DNA from: Bacteroidales bacterium
GTDB taxonomy: Bacteria > Bacteroidota > Bacteroidia > Bacteroidales > VadinHA17
Direction of reading: 5' to 3'
Assembly (NCBI GenBank): GCA_017999895.1
Contig: JAGNKY010000001.1
Span: 218,715 to 282,714 of the forward strand
DNA: 64,000 nucleotides
The translations under genes were made by a program, and so were the position numbers. The notes below the pieces were generated by a model that did no database searches, had not been told where the DNA came from, and was given only the letters and a program-made list of their open reading frames with translations. Of the stretch, positions 43,887 through 51,573 are shown in pieces. The first letter of the stretch is position 1, and every line of letters starts with the position of its first letter.

Positions 43887-44314
43887 ATGGCAGATTTAAA
43901 GAATGTATATGGGGCTATCAACAGGGATATGGCTTATGATGCCCTTGAAGACTTTGCGAAGAAATGGGGTGCTAAATATGCCTATGCAATAAAATCCTGG
44001 AAAGATAACTGGGATGAGCTTACGGCTTATTTTGATTACCCACAGGAGATCCGAAAAATCATTTATACCACTAATGCCATTGAAAGCCTGAACGGTTATA
44101 TCCGGAAATACACTAAAACCAAAACTCTCTTCCCTGATGACCAGGCAGCCTTGAAAGCTGTATATCTGGCTATTGCAAATAAAGAGAAAAAATAGACCAT
44201 ACCCATTAAAGACTGGGGAAATGTTATAAATTAATTTATTATTATATTTGGAGATAGATGTGGCGTTATTTAAACCTGGCAACTACCAGTTTACACACAA
44301 ATATTTACAGGCTC
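43887..44314 (+). pseudogene. IS256-family transposase remnant (C-terminal ~115 codons only, internal TAG)
   Basis: YPQEIRKIIYTTNAIESLN...KTKTLFPDDQAALKAVYLAI matches the IS256/mutator C-terminus. TAG at 44193-44195 occupies the position expected for Trp (KK*TIPIKDWG continues in frame). The ~300 N-terminal codons are missing. A possible right end lies near 44314. Confidence 0.75.
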
Positions 44315-44341
44315 TAAATTTTTGTATAAAACTAAATTGCT

Positions 44342-45514
44342 ATGTATCAAAAATACCTTTTTTTTCTAGTTTTGTTTACATTCTCATGTAATTCCGGGAA
44401 TAATGTTCTTTACGAATTTAATCCCGAAGTCATTAATAAAAATGAAATCAAGCTTTCCGATATAGCTGATGAGATCACTTACATCCCGCTGAATTATCAA
44501 TACCCTTTAGGACTTTGCCATAAGATTGAAATTACAGACAATTCAATTTATGTATCAGTAAGTGATATTGGTATAATAGCTTTTAGCAGGAATGGGCAAT
44601 TATACAGAAAAATTGGGAATATAGGAAGAGGGCCGGGAGAATACCGTAACGGCTTGAAATTCGCTGTCGATGATAAAAATGAAAGAATATATGTTTTAGA
44701 CCAGGGTATAAAAATTAAAGTCTATTCAAAGTCCGGCAATTTTATAAGAGATATTCCCCTGCAGGATTATGAAGTTTATTTTGATGATATTGACTTTTAT
44801 AATTCCAGTTTATTTTTATCTGAATATATTGGTATTGGTAAGGCAGTATATAACTGGATAATTATAGACACACTTGGCAATTTAATCAGCCACAAAAAAA
44901 ATTCTGTTCCTTCATTTAAAAGTATCTTGATCCCTGGGGGAGGGACCTATAAATTTGAAAACAGAATATTTTACTGGAATTGTTATAACGATACTATATT
45001 TTCAATTTCTCCAGATTTAACATGTAAACCATCATTTTTATTTAGCCCAGGAGAACATAGATTACCAAGATCACAGTATTATTCAGAAGGAAAGAAGTTA
45101 TCTGATTATATGTTACTTAATAACATATTTGAAACAAGACGCTTCTGGGTGATTGTATATTACTTAAAAGCGAAAGGGGCAATCGTCCTTATTGAAAAAA
45201 TAAGTAATAAATCATTTTATGTAGATCTTGAAACTGAATCAATACCTTGGATTAGTTTTACTAATCATGGTGGTATTTTGGATGATCTTGACGGTGGGCC
45301 CAAGTTTCAGCCGTTTGGCTATTTCGAGGAAAATGGTCAGGAATATATTATGGGATTACTGGAACCTTATATACTCAAAACTCACGTTGCCGGCATCGAA
45401 TTTAAAAATTCTAGTACCAAATACCCAAGGGGAAAAGAAGAGTTAAAAAAACTTGCTGACCGACTTAATGAAACTGACAACAAGATACTTGTAATAGTGA
45501 AACTTAAAAAATAA
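44342..45514 (+). CDS. exported six-bladed (NHL-like) beta-propeller lipoprotein, paralogue 1 (no adjacent peptide gene)
   Basis: 390 aa. Lipobox-like FTFSC, GRGPGEY motif, DDLDGGPKFQP motif, and a conserved C-terminal tail KELKKLADRLNETDNKILVIVKLKK. Confidence 0.8.
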   Translation: MYQKYLFFLVLFTFSCNSGNNVLYEFNPEVINKNEIKLSDIADEITYIPLNYQYPLGLCHKIEITDNSIYVSVSDIGIIAFSRNGQLYRKIGNIGRGPGEYRNGLKFAVDDKNERIYVLDQGIKIKVYSKSGNFIRDIPLQDYEVYFDDIDFYNSSLFLSEYIGIGKAVYNWIIIDTLGNLISHKKNSVPSFKSILIPGGGTYKFENRIFYWNCYNDTIFSISPDLTCKPSFLFSPGEHRLPRSQYYSEGKKLSDYMLLNNIFETRRFWVIVYYLKAKGAIVLIEKISNKSFYVDLETESIPWISFTNHGGILDDLDGGPKFQPFGYFEENGQEYIMGLLEPYILKTHVAGIEFKNSSTKYPRGKEELKKLADRLNETDNKILVIVKLKK

Positions 45515-45586
45515 ATTATGCTTAGCTGAAGAAATGAATAAGTTGTATATGAACACAATAAAAAGCCATAATATAGTTTCGAAAGA

Positions 45587-47224
45587 ATGAGAAGAATAAA
45601 AGAGGATAATACTGTTTCAGTAGTACAAAGAGCGATTAAGTATTTTCGGATTCCAGTCACAAAAAGTTCGGTGAAAGAAGCTCTCAAATCAAATTCTTAT
45701 TATCCTACTTTAAGAAGTATTTGCGATGTACTTAATGAATGGAAAATAGAACACTACCCTTTAAAATACGAACAGGAAGAAATAAGAGAATTACCTGCTC
45801 CATATATAGTCCATTTTAATGTTGGCGGCGGTAAACTGGCATTTGTTTCAAAAACCGGGGATGATATAGTAACATATTATGAGTCGTATTACTCTAAAAG
45901 AGTGACTGGTTATGAGGAATTTTTAAAGAAGTGTTCAGGTGCGGTAATTTTATTAAATCCTGATGAAAAGTCGGGCGAGAAAGATTACCGTGTAAAATTC
46001 CAGAGTGAAATAATAGATAATGTTATTTTACCGGTTTCAATACTAACATTCCTGCTTTTCATAATTCTGACTATAATAAACAAATTGATTGCAGGCGGTT
46101 TAATGTATGATAAGGCAGCATATTTTTTATTATTAACAAAAGCTTCAGGGATTGCGCTTTCCACTTTATTGATTTTTCATGAATTCGAGATACAATCGGC
46201 ATTAACTAATAAGTTATGTCATCTTAATAAAGCAACGAATTGTAATACTGTTTTGAATGATAAAGCCTCGAAAATATTCGGATGGTTTGGGTGGGCTGAT
46301 GCCGGGTTTATATATTTTACCGGCGGTTTACTGTTTTTATTGCAAGGTTCCGGTTCAGGTTATTTTTCATTACTTGCATTATTATCAGCTCTTTCATTAC
46401 CCTATCCGGTGTTTTCCATATATTATCATGGCGTTGTACTTAAAAAATGGTGTCCGATGTGCCTGGGTGTCCAGCTTATATTGATTCTTGAGTTTATTTT
46501 ACTTTTCCGGCAATTTTCAGATTTAAATATTTCTTTAAAAAGTATATCAGATTTTATTATAACCTTTTTATTAACAGGATTAATTTATATTCTATTTATC
46601 ACATACATAAAGGAAAAACAGTCAAATGAAATTAATCGTTATCAATACCTTTCTTTTAAGAGAAATCCTGCAGTTCTCAATGCTTTATTGGCGGAGCAGA
46701 CATTTTATGATATACCTGCTACAGAAACCAGTTTAATATTTGGCAGGAAGGAAGCTACTTTACATGTAACGGCCTTTTTAAGCCTTCATTGTTCACATTG
46801 TGCAAGGGCTTTCAATAAAATAAAAGACTTAATTAAATCTGGAGTTGACACAAATTTTAATATCATATTGATTGCTGCGGAAATTGATATAATGAATGCT
46901 TTATATTATTTAAAACGTAATAATAAAGATGATGAAGCGCTGGATTTGCTTTATGAATGGTATAACAGAGATCCCTATTCGAAATATAAAATTTCAGATA
47001 AATATTGCATTCCGGAACTGGAAAATATACCTGAAACGTTAAAAGAAGAGAATGTCAGAATTTTCAAAGAATGTAAAGTAAGCGGTACTCCGACGTTTTT
47101 TATAAATGGATATAAACTTCCGGCACAATATGATATTACAGATATTAAATATTTTATAGAGTTTTTTGTAAATAATGAAAGTACGAATATTAAAAGAGAA
47201 GAAATTCAAAAAGGCATAAAATAA
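45587..47224 (+). CDS. C39-like (non-catalytic) domain / VKOR / thioredoxin fusion protein
   Basis: 545 aa. The N-terminal ~130 aa have a peptidase-C39 fold pattern but no Cys at the catalytic position. Next come 4-5 TM helices with loop Cys pair C-x8-C (LCHLNKATNC) and KWCPMC (46451-46462), then a C-terminal DsbA/Trx domain with CSHC (46790-46801) and cis-Pro GTPT. Confidence 0.85.
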   Translation: MRRIKEDNTVSVVQRAIKYFRIPVTKSSVKEALKSNSYYPTLRSICDVLNEWKIEHYPLKYEQEEIRELPAPYIVHFNVGGGKLAFVSKTGDDIVTYYESYYSKRVTGYEEFLKKCSGAVILLNPDEKSGEKDYRVKFQSEIIDNVILPVSILTFLLFIILTIINKLIAGGLMYDKAAYFLLLTKASGIALSTLLIFHEFEIQSALTNKLCHLNKATNCNTVLNDKASKIFGWFGWADAGFIYFTGGLLFLLQGSGSGYFSLLALLSALSLPYPVFSIYYHGVVLKKWCPMCLGVQLILILEFILLFRQFSDLNISLKSISDFIITFLLTGLIYILFITYIKEKQSNEINRYQYLSFKRNPAVLNALLAEQTFYDIPATETSLIFGRKEATLHVTAFLSLHCSHCARAFNKIKDLIKSGVDTNFNIILIAAEIDIMNALYYLKRNNKDDEALDLLYEWYNRDPYSKYKISDKYCIPELENIPETLKEENVRIFKECKVSGTPTFFINGYKLPAQYDITDIKYFIEFFVNNESTNIKREEIQKGIK

Positions 47225-47292
47225 CCTATTGAGAAAATGATGATTAAAAAATGGAAATATATTATTGCAGGGAATAGACGAGCAGAAATATT

Positions 47293-47383
47293 GGCAGAGG
47301 GCATAGGGCTGAGAGCAAAGGGTAAAATTATACTGCAATCCACGCTATTCTCCTCGTTCTTAGCTCTTTGCTCTCAGCCCTTT
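47293..47383. repeat. heptanucleotide-array hairpin element, copy A
   Basis: GGCAGAG GGCATAG GGCTGAG AGCAAAG, a 28-nt spacer, then TCTCCTC GTTCTTA GCTCTTT GCTCTCA GCCCTTT. It contains a perfect 15-bp inverted repeat (47306-47320 / 47366-47380). Confidence 0.8.
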
Positions 47384-47435
47384 ATAAAGAGAGGAGGTAA
47401 GCCTATGTGCAGATAATACTATTCCGTGACTTCGG

Positions 47436-47455
47436 TTGCGGCCTGTGAAAGGATA
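47436..47455 (+). promoter_or_regulatory. conserved cassette box 1 (TTGCGGCCTGTGAAAGGATA)
   Basis: The 20-mer occurs 4 times in the window, always 47-48 nt upstream of a precursor-peptide ATG. Confidence 0.6.
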
Positions 47456-47503
47456 CAGCAGGAAAAAGTAAAAAATAAATTGTTTAACTAAAAACATAAA
47501 ATT

Positions 47504-47761
47504 ATGAAAAAATTAAGTAAATTGCAGATTAATCCGGAAAGAATTATGAAGAATGAAGAACTGAAAATTCTGAGAGGTGGAGATTATGACTCTGGTTGTG
47601 GGAATTATACAGAGTGGTTTTGTGATGTGCATTACGATGGAGTTTATGCTTTTTCAGGCATAGCCTGTGGCACACAAGAATATATTTCTGGTGTCTGTCA
47701 ACAACTAAATTATGAATGTTCTTGTACACAAACATGGACTCCCATGCCTATCATTAATTAG
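47504..47761 (+). CDS. double-glycine-leader Cys-rich peptide precursor P1 (26-aa leader + 59-aa core, 6 Cys)
   Basis: The leader MKKLSKLQINPERIMKNEELKILRGG is conserved with three paralogues. The core has 6 Cys and ends in an NYECSC motif. The gene sits immediately upstream of the propeller/C39-ABC/HlyD genes. Confidence 0.85.
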   Translation: MKKLSKLQINPERIMKNEELKILRGGDYDSGCGNYTEWFCDVHYDGVYAFSGIACGTQEYISGVCQQLNYECSCTQTWTPMPIIN

Positions 47762-47874
47762 TATTAAAATTATAAATTGGAGAGTCAGAGGATAGTATTA
47801 ATTAAATTGAGTAAACAACCTCTGGTTCCTTTTCTTCATAATTTCATTTTGAAATTTATATTTTTTGTTCTGCT

Positions 47875-49179
47875 ATGATAAAAAAAATATACATGTTTTT
47901 TCTTCCAGTTGTATTAATGATTTTTCTTGCCCTAAAATGCACTGAATTTTGTATAGACAAAAATATAATAGACAAAAATATAATTGAAGAAATTGACATT
48001 CAGAGTAAAATTGGAAAATATGAAATCGTTAAATTGAGTCAATTTAGTTCTTCAATAAAATATTTACCTCTGATATTAGATGGTGAACATAAAATTAACA
48101 GGATTGTACAAGTAGATTTTACTCCAGACAAGATTCTAATTAGCGATGGGAAAGAATGCCTGTTACTTACTGCAGATGGATCATTTATTAGAAAAATAGG
48201 AGATACAGGCAGGGGACCCGGTGAATATAATATTATTTCAAATATAAGCTTTGGATCAAATAGTACTATTTTTATTCAATCGGCTAATGGTATTTTTCTA
48301 GAGTTTTCTGATGAAGGAACTTTGATTAATATTTCCAAAGTTCCTTCAAATTATTCACATGACTACTATATAGGATCGTGGATACAAGTAAATGACTCAT
48401 TGTTTTTCGGGCAAACTCCAATAACAACAGGGAAGGAATCAACAAAAGCTATATTATTCAATAAAAATGGTAAGATTATTAAGGAATATAAAAACTATAT
48501 TCTGCTTGACAGGCAAATAAGAATGTTTACCACAGATGACAGCGAAGCATCTTATTACTCATATAATGGCAGGATATATTATAAAGAAAAACTGAGCGAT
48601 ACATTATTTTACCTCGACGACAATTTCGATTTATTGCCCAGAATGACTTTTAGGCTGGGTAAATATTTAATGCCTAAAAAATACCGCGAAAACATAAGCT
48701 TTGGTCAATCCTTAAGCCCAAAGTTTAACTACATTTTCATAGAAAATGTTTATGAAACTCAACACTATTTATTGCTGGATTGTGAGTTTAACAGATACTT
48801 TCCGGCAAAACGAATTACACCTAAAATAATACATGGAGTGGAAATCTGGCAAAATACTTTGAATGTTCTGGGATTTTATAATAAACAAAATAGGACTCTT
48901 GTTTTTATTGAGCCAACATCGACAGATAATCCTTTGTACACCTCAGGGCTTTATAATGACATTGATGCCGGTCCAAGATTTTTTCCTATGAAGCAGGTCG
49001 ATGACTCAACTATGGTAATGTGGGTTGATTCTAAACAGCTTAAGGATCATATTGCAAGTGAGGAATTTAAAAATGCCAAGCCTCTATATCCTGAAAAGAA
49101 GGAAGAGTTGAAACATCTGGCCAACAGTCTTAAAGAAACCGATAATCCGGTTTTGATGATTGTACGTTTGAAAGAATAA
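47875..49179 (+). CDS. exported six-bladed beta-propeller protein, paralogue 2
   Basis: 434 aa. Signal/anchor N-terminus, GRGPGEY, NDIDAGPRFFP, tail LKHLANSLKETDNPVLMIVRLKE. A 15-bp in-frame tandem duplication lies at 47956-47985 (DKNIIDKNII). Confidence 0.85.
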   Translation: MIKKIYMFFLPVVLMIFLALKCTEFCIDKNIIDKNIIEEIDIQSKIGKYEIVKLSQFSSSIKYLPLILDGEHKINRIVQVDFTPDKILISDGKECLLLTADGSFIRKIGDTGRGPGEYNIISNISFGSNSTIFIQSANGIFLEFSDEGTLINISKVPSNYSHDYYIGSWIQVNDSLFFGQTPITTGKESTKAILFNKNGKIIKEYKNYILLDRQIRMFTTDDSEASYYSYNGRIYYKEKLSDTLFYLDDNFDLLPRMTFRLGKYLMPKKYRENISFGQSLSPKFNYIFIENVYETQHYLLLDCEFNRYFPAKRITPKIIHGVEIWQNTLNVLGFYNKQNRTLVFIEPTSTDNPLYTSGLYNDIDAGPRFFPMKQVDDSTMVMWVDSKQLKDHIASEEFKNAKPLYPEKKEELKHLANSLKETDNPVLMIVRLKE

Positions 49180-49181
49180 AT

Positions 49182-51479
49182 ATGTCCGAATTTCCTTTCT
49201 TCAAGCAGCTCGATTCCATGGATTGCGGTCCGACGTGTCTGCGCATGATAGCCAGGTTTTACGGGAAATCATATTCATTACAATATCTGCGTTCAAGGTC
49301 ATTTCTTACAAAAGCGGGTGTTTCGATGCTTGGCATCAGTGAGGCAGCCGAGAGCATCGGTTTCCGCACCCGCGGCTACCGCCTCACCTGGGAACAACTA
49401 CGTGACGAGGTACCACTCCCATGTATTGTTCACTGGAGTCAAAGGCATTTTGTCGTAGTGTACAATATCGAGAAGAAGAAGAAAGCTTGGGGCTTGGGGC
49501 GGAGGGCGGAGGGCAGAGTGCGGAGAGCAAAGGATATGGAGCAGGGAGCAAGAGGCGAAGAGCGCAGAGCATACAATTCAGAAACCATAGTTTATGTTGC
49601 CGATCCTGCCTCCGGTCTTCTTAAATACACCAGAGATGAGTTCCTTAAATGCTGGTATAGTACGAAAACCGATGGTGTTCAGGAAGGCGCCGCACTGTTG
49701 CTGGAGCCGTCACCTGATTTCTACCGCCAGGAAGACGAAGAAAAGGGTAAACTTAAATTCACATATCTGCTTGGTTATATAAAGCCTTACAAAAAGTTCA
49801 TCCTGCAGCTTATGCTTGGAATGCTCACCGCAAGCATAATCAGCCTTATATTTCCTTTTCTTACACAATCTCTTGTTGATACCGGTATCGGAAACAGCAA
49901 CATTGCATTTGTCATTCTGGTTCTTGTCGCCCAGTTGATACTTAGTCTCAGCCAGACAGCCAACGGACTGCTGCGTAACTGGATAAGCCTACACGTCACA
50001 AGCAGGATAAGCATCTCCCTTATATCTGATTTTCTAATTAAACTGATGAGACTTCCTATTTCGTTCTTCGATACAAAAATGATCGGAGATATAATGCAAA
50101 GAATAGGCGACCATAACCGCATAAAAACATTCCTTACCGATTCTCTTATCAGTATAATATTTGCCGTTATTACTCTAGTTATGTACACCATTATTATGGC
50201 TACATATAACCTTGCGATACTCGGAGTCTTTCTTGTCGGCAGTGCCTTATACATAGGCTGGGTCGTTCTTTTTCTCAAACGCCGCCGCGAACTCGATTAC
50301 AAGCGTTTTCAGCAAAGCGCGGCTAACCAGAGCAACATAGTACAGCTTATTACAGGGATGCAGGAGATAAAGCTTAACAACTGTGAGAAACAAAAACGGT
50401 GGGAATGGGAAAGGATACAGATAAAGCTCTTTAAGGTAAGCTTAAAGAGTATGATGCTTAACCAGAATCAGCAGCTCGGAGCAGTTTTGATAAACCAGAC
50501 GAAAGATATCTTTATTTCCTTCCTCTCGGCTATGGCTGTCATTCGCGGCGAGATGACCCTTGGTATGATGATGGCCGTTCAGTATATAATAGGTCAGCTC
50601 AATGCACCGATACAACAATTCATCGGTTTTACTCAGGCGGCTCAGGATGCAAGGATAAGCCTCGAGCGGCTTGGCGAGATACACAACCGTGAGGATGAGG
50701 AGAAGCCGGAAGACTATAAGATAAGAGACATTCCTGTAGATAAAGATATAGAGATAAAAAACCTTGTTTTTCAGTACGAAGGTCCTCATTCTGAAAAAGT
50801 ACTGGATGACATTTCGTTGGTTATTCCGGCAAAAGGTGTAACAGCTATTGTTGGAACAAGTGGAAGCGGTAAAACAACACTTATAAAGTTGCTGCTTGGG
50901 TTTTATGCTCCCGTGAAAGGGGGAATCTATCTGAACGGGACTCCTCTCAACCGGTTCAGCCAGAGTGAGTGGCGCAAAAGGTGCGGTGTTGTAATGCAGG
51001 AAGGATTCATCTTTTCCGATACTATTGCCGGAAACATAGGACTGATAGATGAAATTCCCGACAGGGAAAAGATAGACAAGGCATCCGATACGGCTAACAT
51101 CAAAGATTTTATCGAGGGCCTGCCGCTTGGGTATAATACCAGAATCGGCAATGACGGACATGGTCTGAGTACAGGTCAGAAACAAAGGATACTGATTGCC
51201 CGGGCAGTTTATAAAGAGCCTGATTTTATCTTTTTTGATGAGGCAACCAACGCTCTTGATGCAAAAAACGAAAAGACAATTATGGACAATCTGGGCAGCT
51301 TTTTTGAGGGTAAAACGGTTGTGATTGTTGCACACCGTTTGAGCACTGTAAAGAATGCCGATCAGATAGTGGTTCTCGAAAAAGGCAAGATAGTGGAGAA
51401 AGGAACGCATAATGAACTTGTTAAGATGAAAGGGGCGTATTATAACCTTGTGAAAGATCAGCTGGAACTGGGGAATTGA
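49182..51479 (+). CDS. peptidase-C39 domain ABC transporter (bacteriocin-type exporter) carrying an in-frame repeat insertion
   Basis: 765 aa. C39 triad context (QLDSMDCGPTC, HWSQRHFVVV, VADPASG), 6 TM helices, Walker A GTSGSGKTT, signature LSTGQKQR, Walker B IFFDEAT. Confidence 0.92.
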   Translation: MSEFPFFKQLDSMDCGPTCLRMIARFYGKSYSLQYLRSRSFLTKAGVSMLGISEAAESIGFRTRGYRLTWEQLRDEVPLPCIVHWSQRHFVVVYNIEKKKKAWGLGRRAEGRVRRAKDMEQGARGEERRAYNSETIVYVADPASGLLKYTRDEFLKCWYSTKTDGVQEGAALLLEPSPDFYRQEDEEKGKLKFTYLLGYIKPYKKFILQLMLGMLTASIISLIFPFLTQSLVDTGIGNSNIAFVILVLVAQLILSLSQTANGLLRNWISLHVTSRISISLISDFLIKLMRLPISFFDTKMIGDIMQRIGDHNRIKTFLTDSLISIIFAVITLVMYTIIMATYNLAILGVFLVGSALYIGWVVLFLKRRRELDYKRFQQSAANQSNIVQLITGMQEIKLNNCEKQKRWEWERIQIKLFKVSLKSMMLNQNQQLGAVLINQTKDIFISFLSAMAVIRGEMTLGMMMAVQYIIGQLNAPIQQFIGFTQAAQDARISLERLGEIHNREDEEKPEDYKIRDIPVDKDIEIKNLVFQYEGPHSEKVLDDISLVIPAKGVTAIVGTSGSGKTTLIKLLLGFYAPVKGGIYLNGTPLNRFSQSEWRKRCGVVMQEGFIFSDTIAGNIGLIDEIPDREKIDKASDTANIKDFIEGLPLGYNTRIGNDGHGLSTGQKQRILIARAVYKEPDFIFFDEATNALDAKNEKTIMDNLGSFFEGKTVVIVAHRLSTVKNADQIVVLEKGKIVEKGTHNELVKMKGAYYNLVKDQLELGN
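49485..49575 (+). repeat. 13-unit heptanucleotide array embedded in frame in the C39 domain
   Basis: GCTTGGG GCTTGGG GCGGAGG GCGGAGG GCAGAGT GCGGAGA GCAAAGG ATATGGA GCAGGGA GCAAGAG GCGAAGA GCGCAGA GCATACA. It encodes AWGLGRRAEGRVRRAKDMEQGARGEERRAY between the catalytic His and Asp. Confidence 0.85.
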
Positions 51480-51573
51480 TGCTTTTGCCTCTCCCGGCAC
51501 TCCCAAAATGGGGAGGTGTAGCGTGGTATAAGAGAAATAAGCCCCCCATTTTTGGGGGTTGGGGGGCAAAATA

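Noticed and set aside
47390-47415. Shine-Dalgarno-like GGAGG followed by the mini-ORF ATG-TGC-AGA-TAA (Met-Cys-Arg), also at 53378-53403; possible Cys-sensing leader peptide
   Set aside because: It is only 3 codons and is present in 2 of 4 cassettes. Bacteroidota generally do not rely on SD pairing. The GGAGG may simply belong to the purine-rich repeat family. There is not enough support.
50442-51569. 375-aa ORF on the minus strand
   Set aside because: It is entirely antisense to the high-confidence C39-ABC transporter. The sequence is low-complexity with no recognisable motif. It is most likely a shadow ORF.
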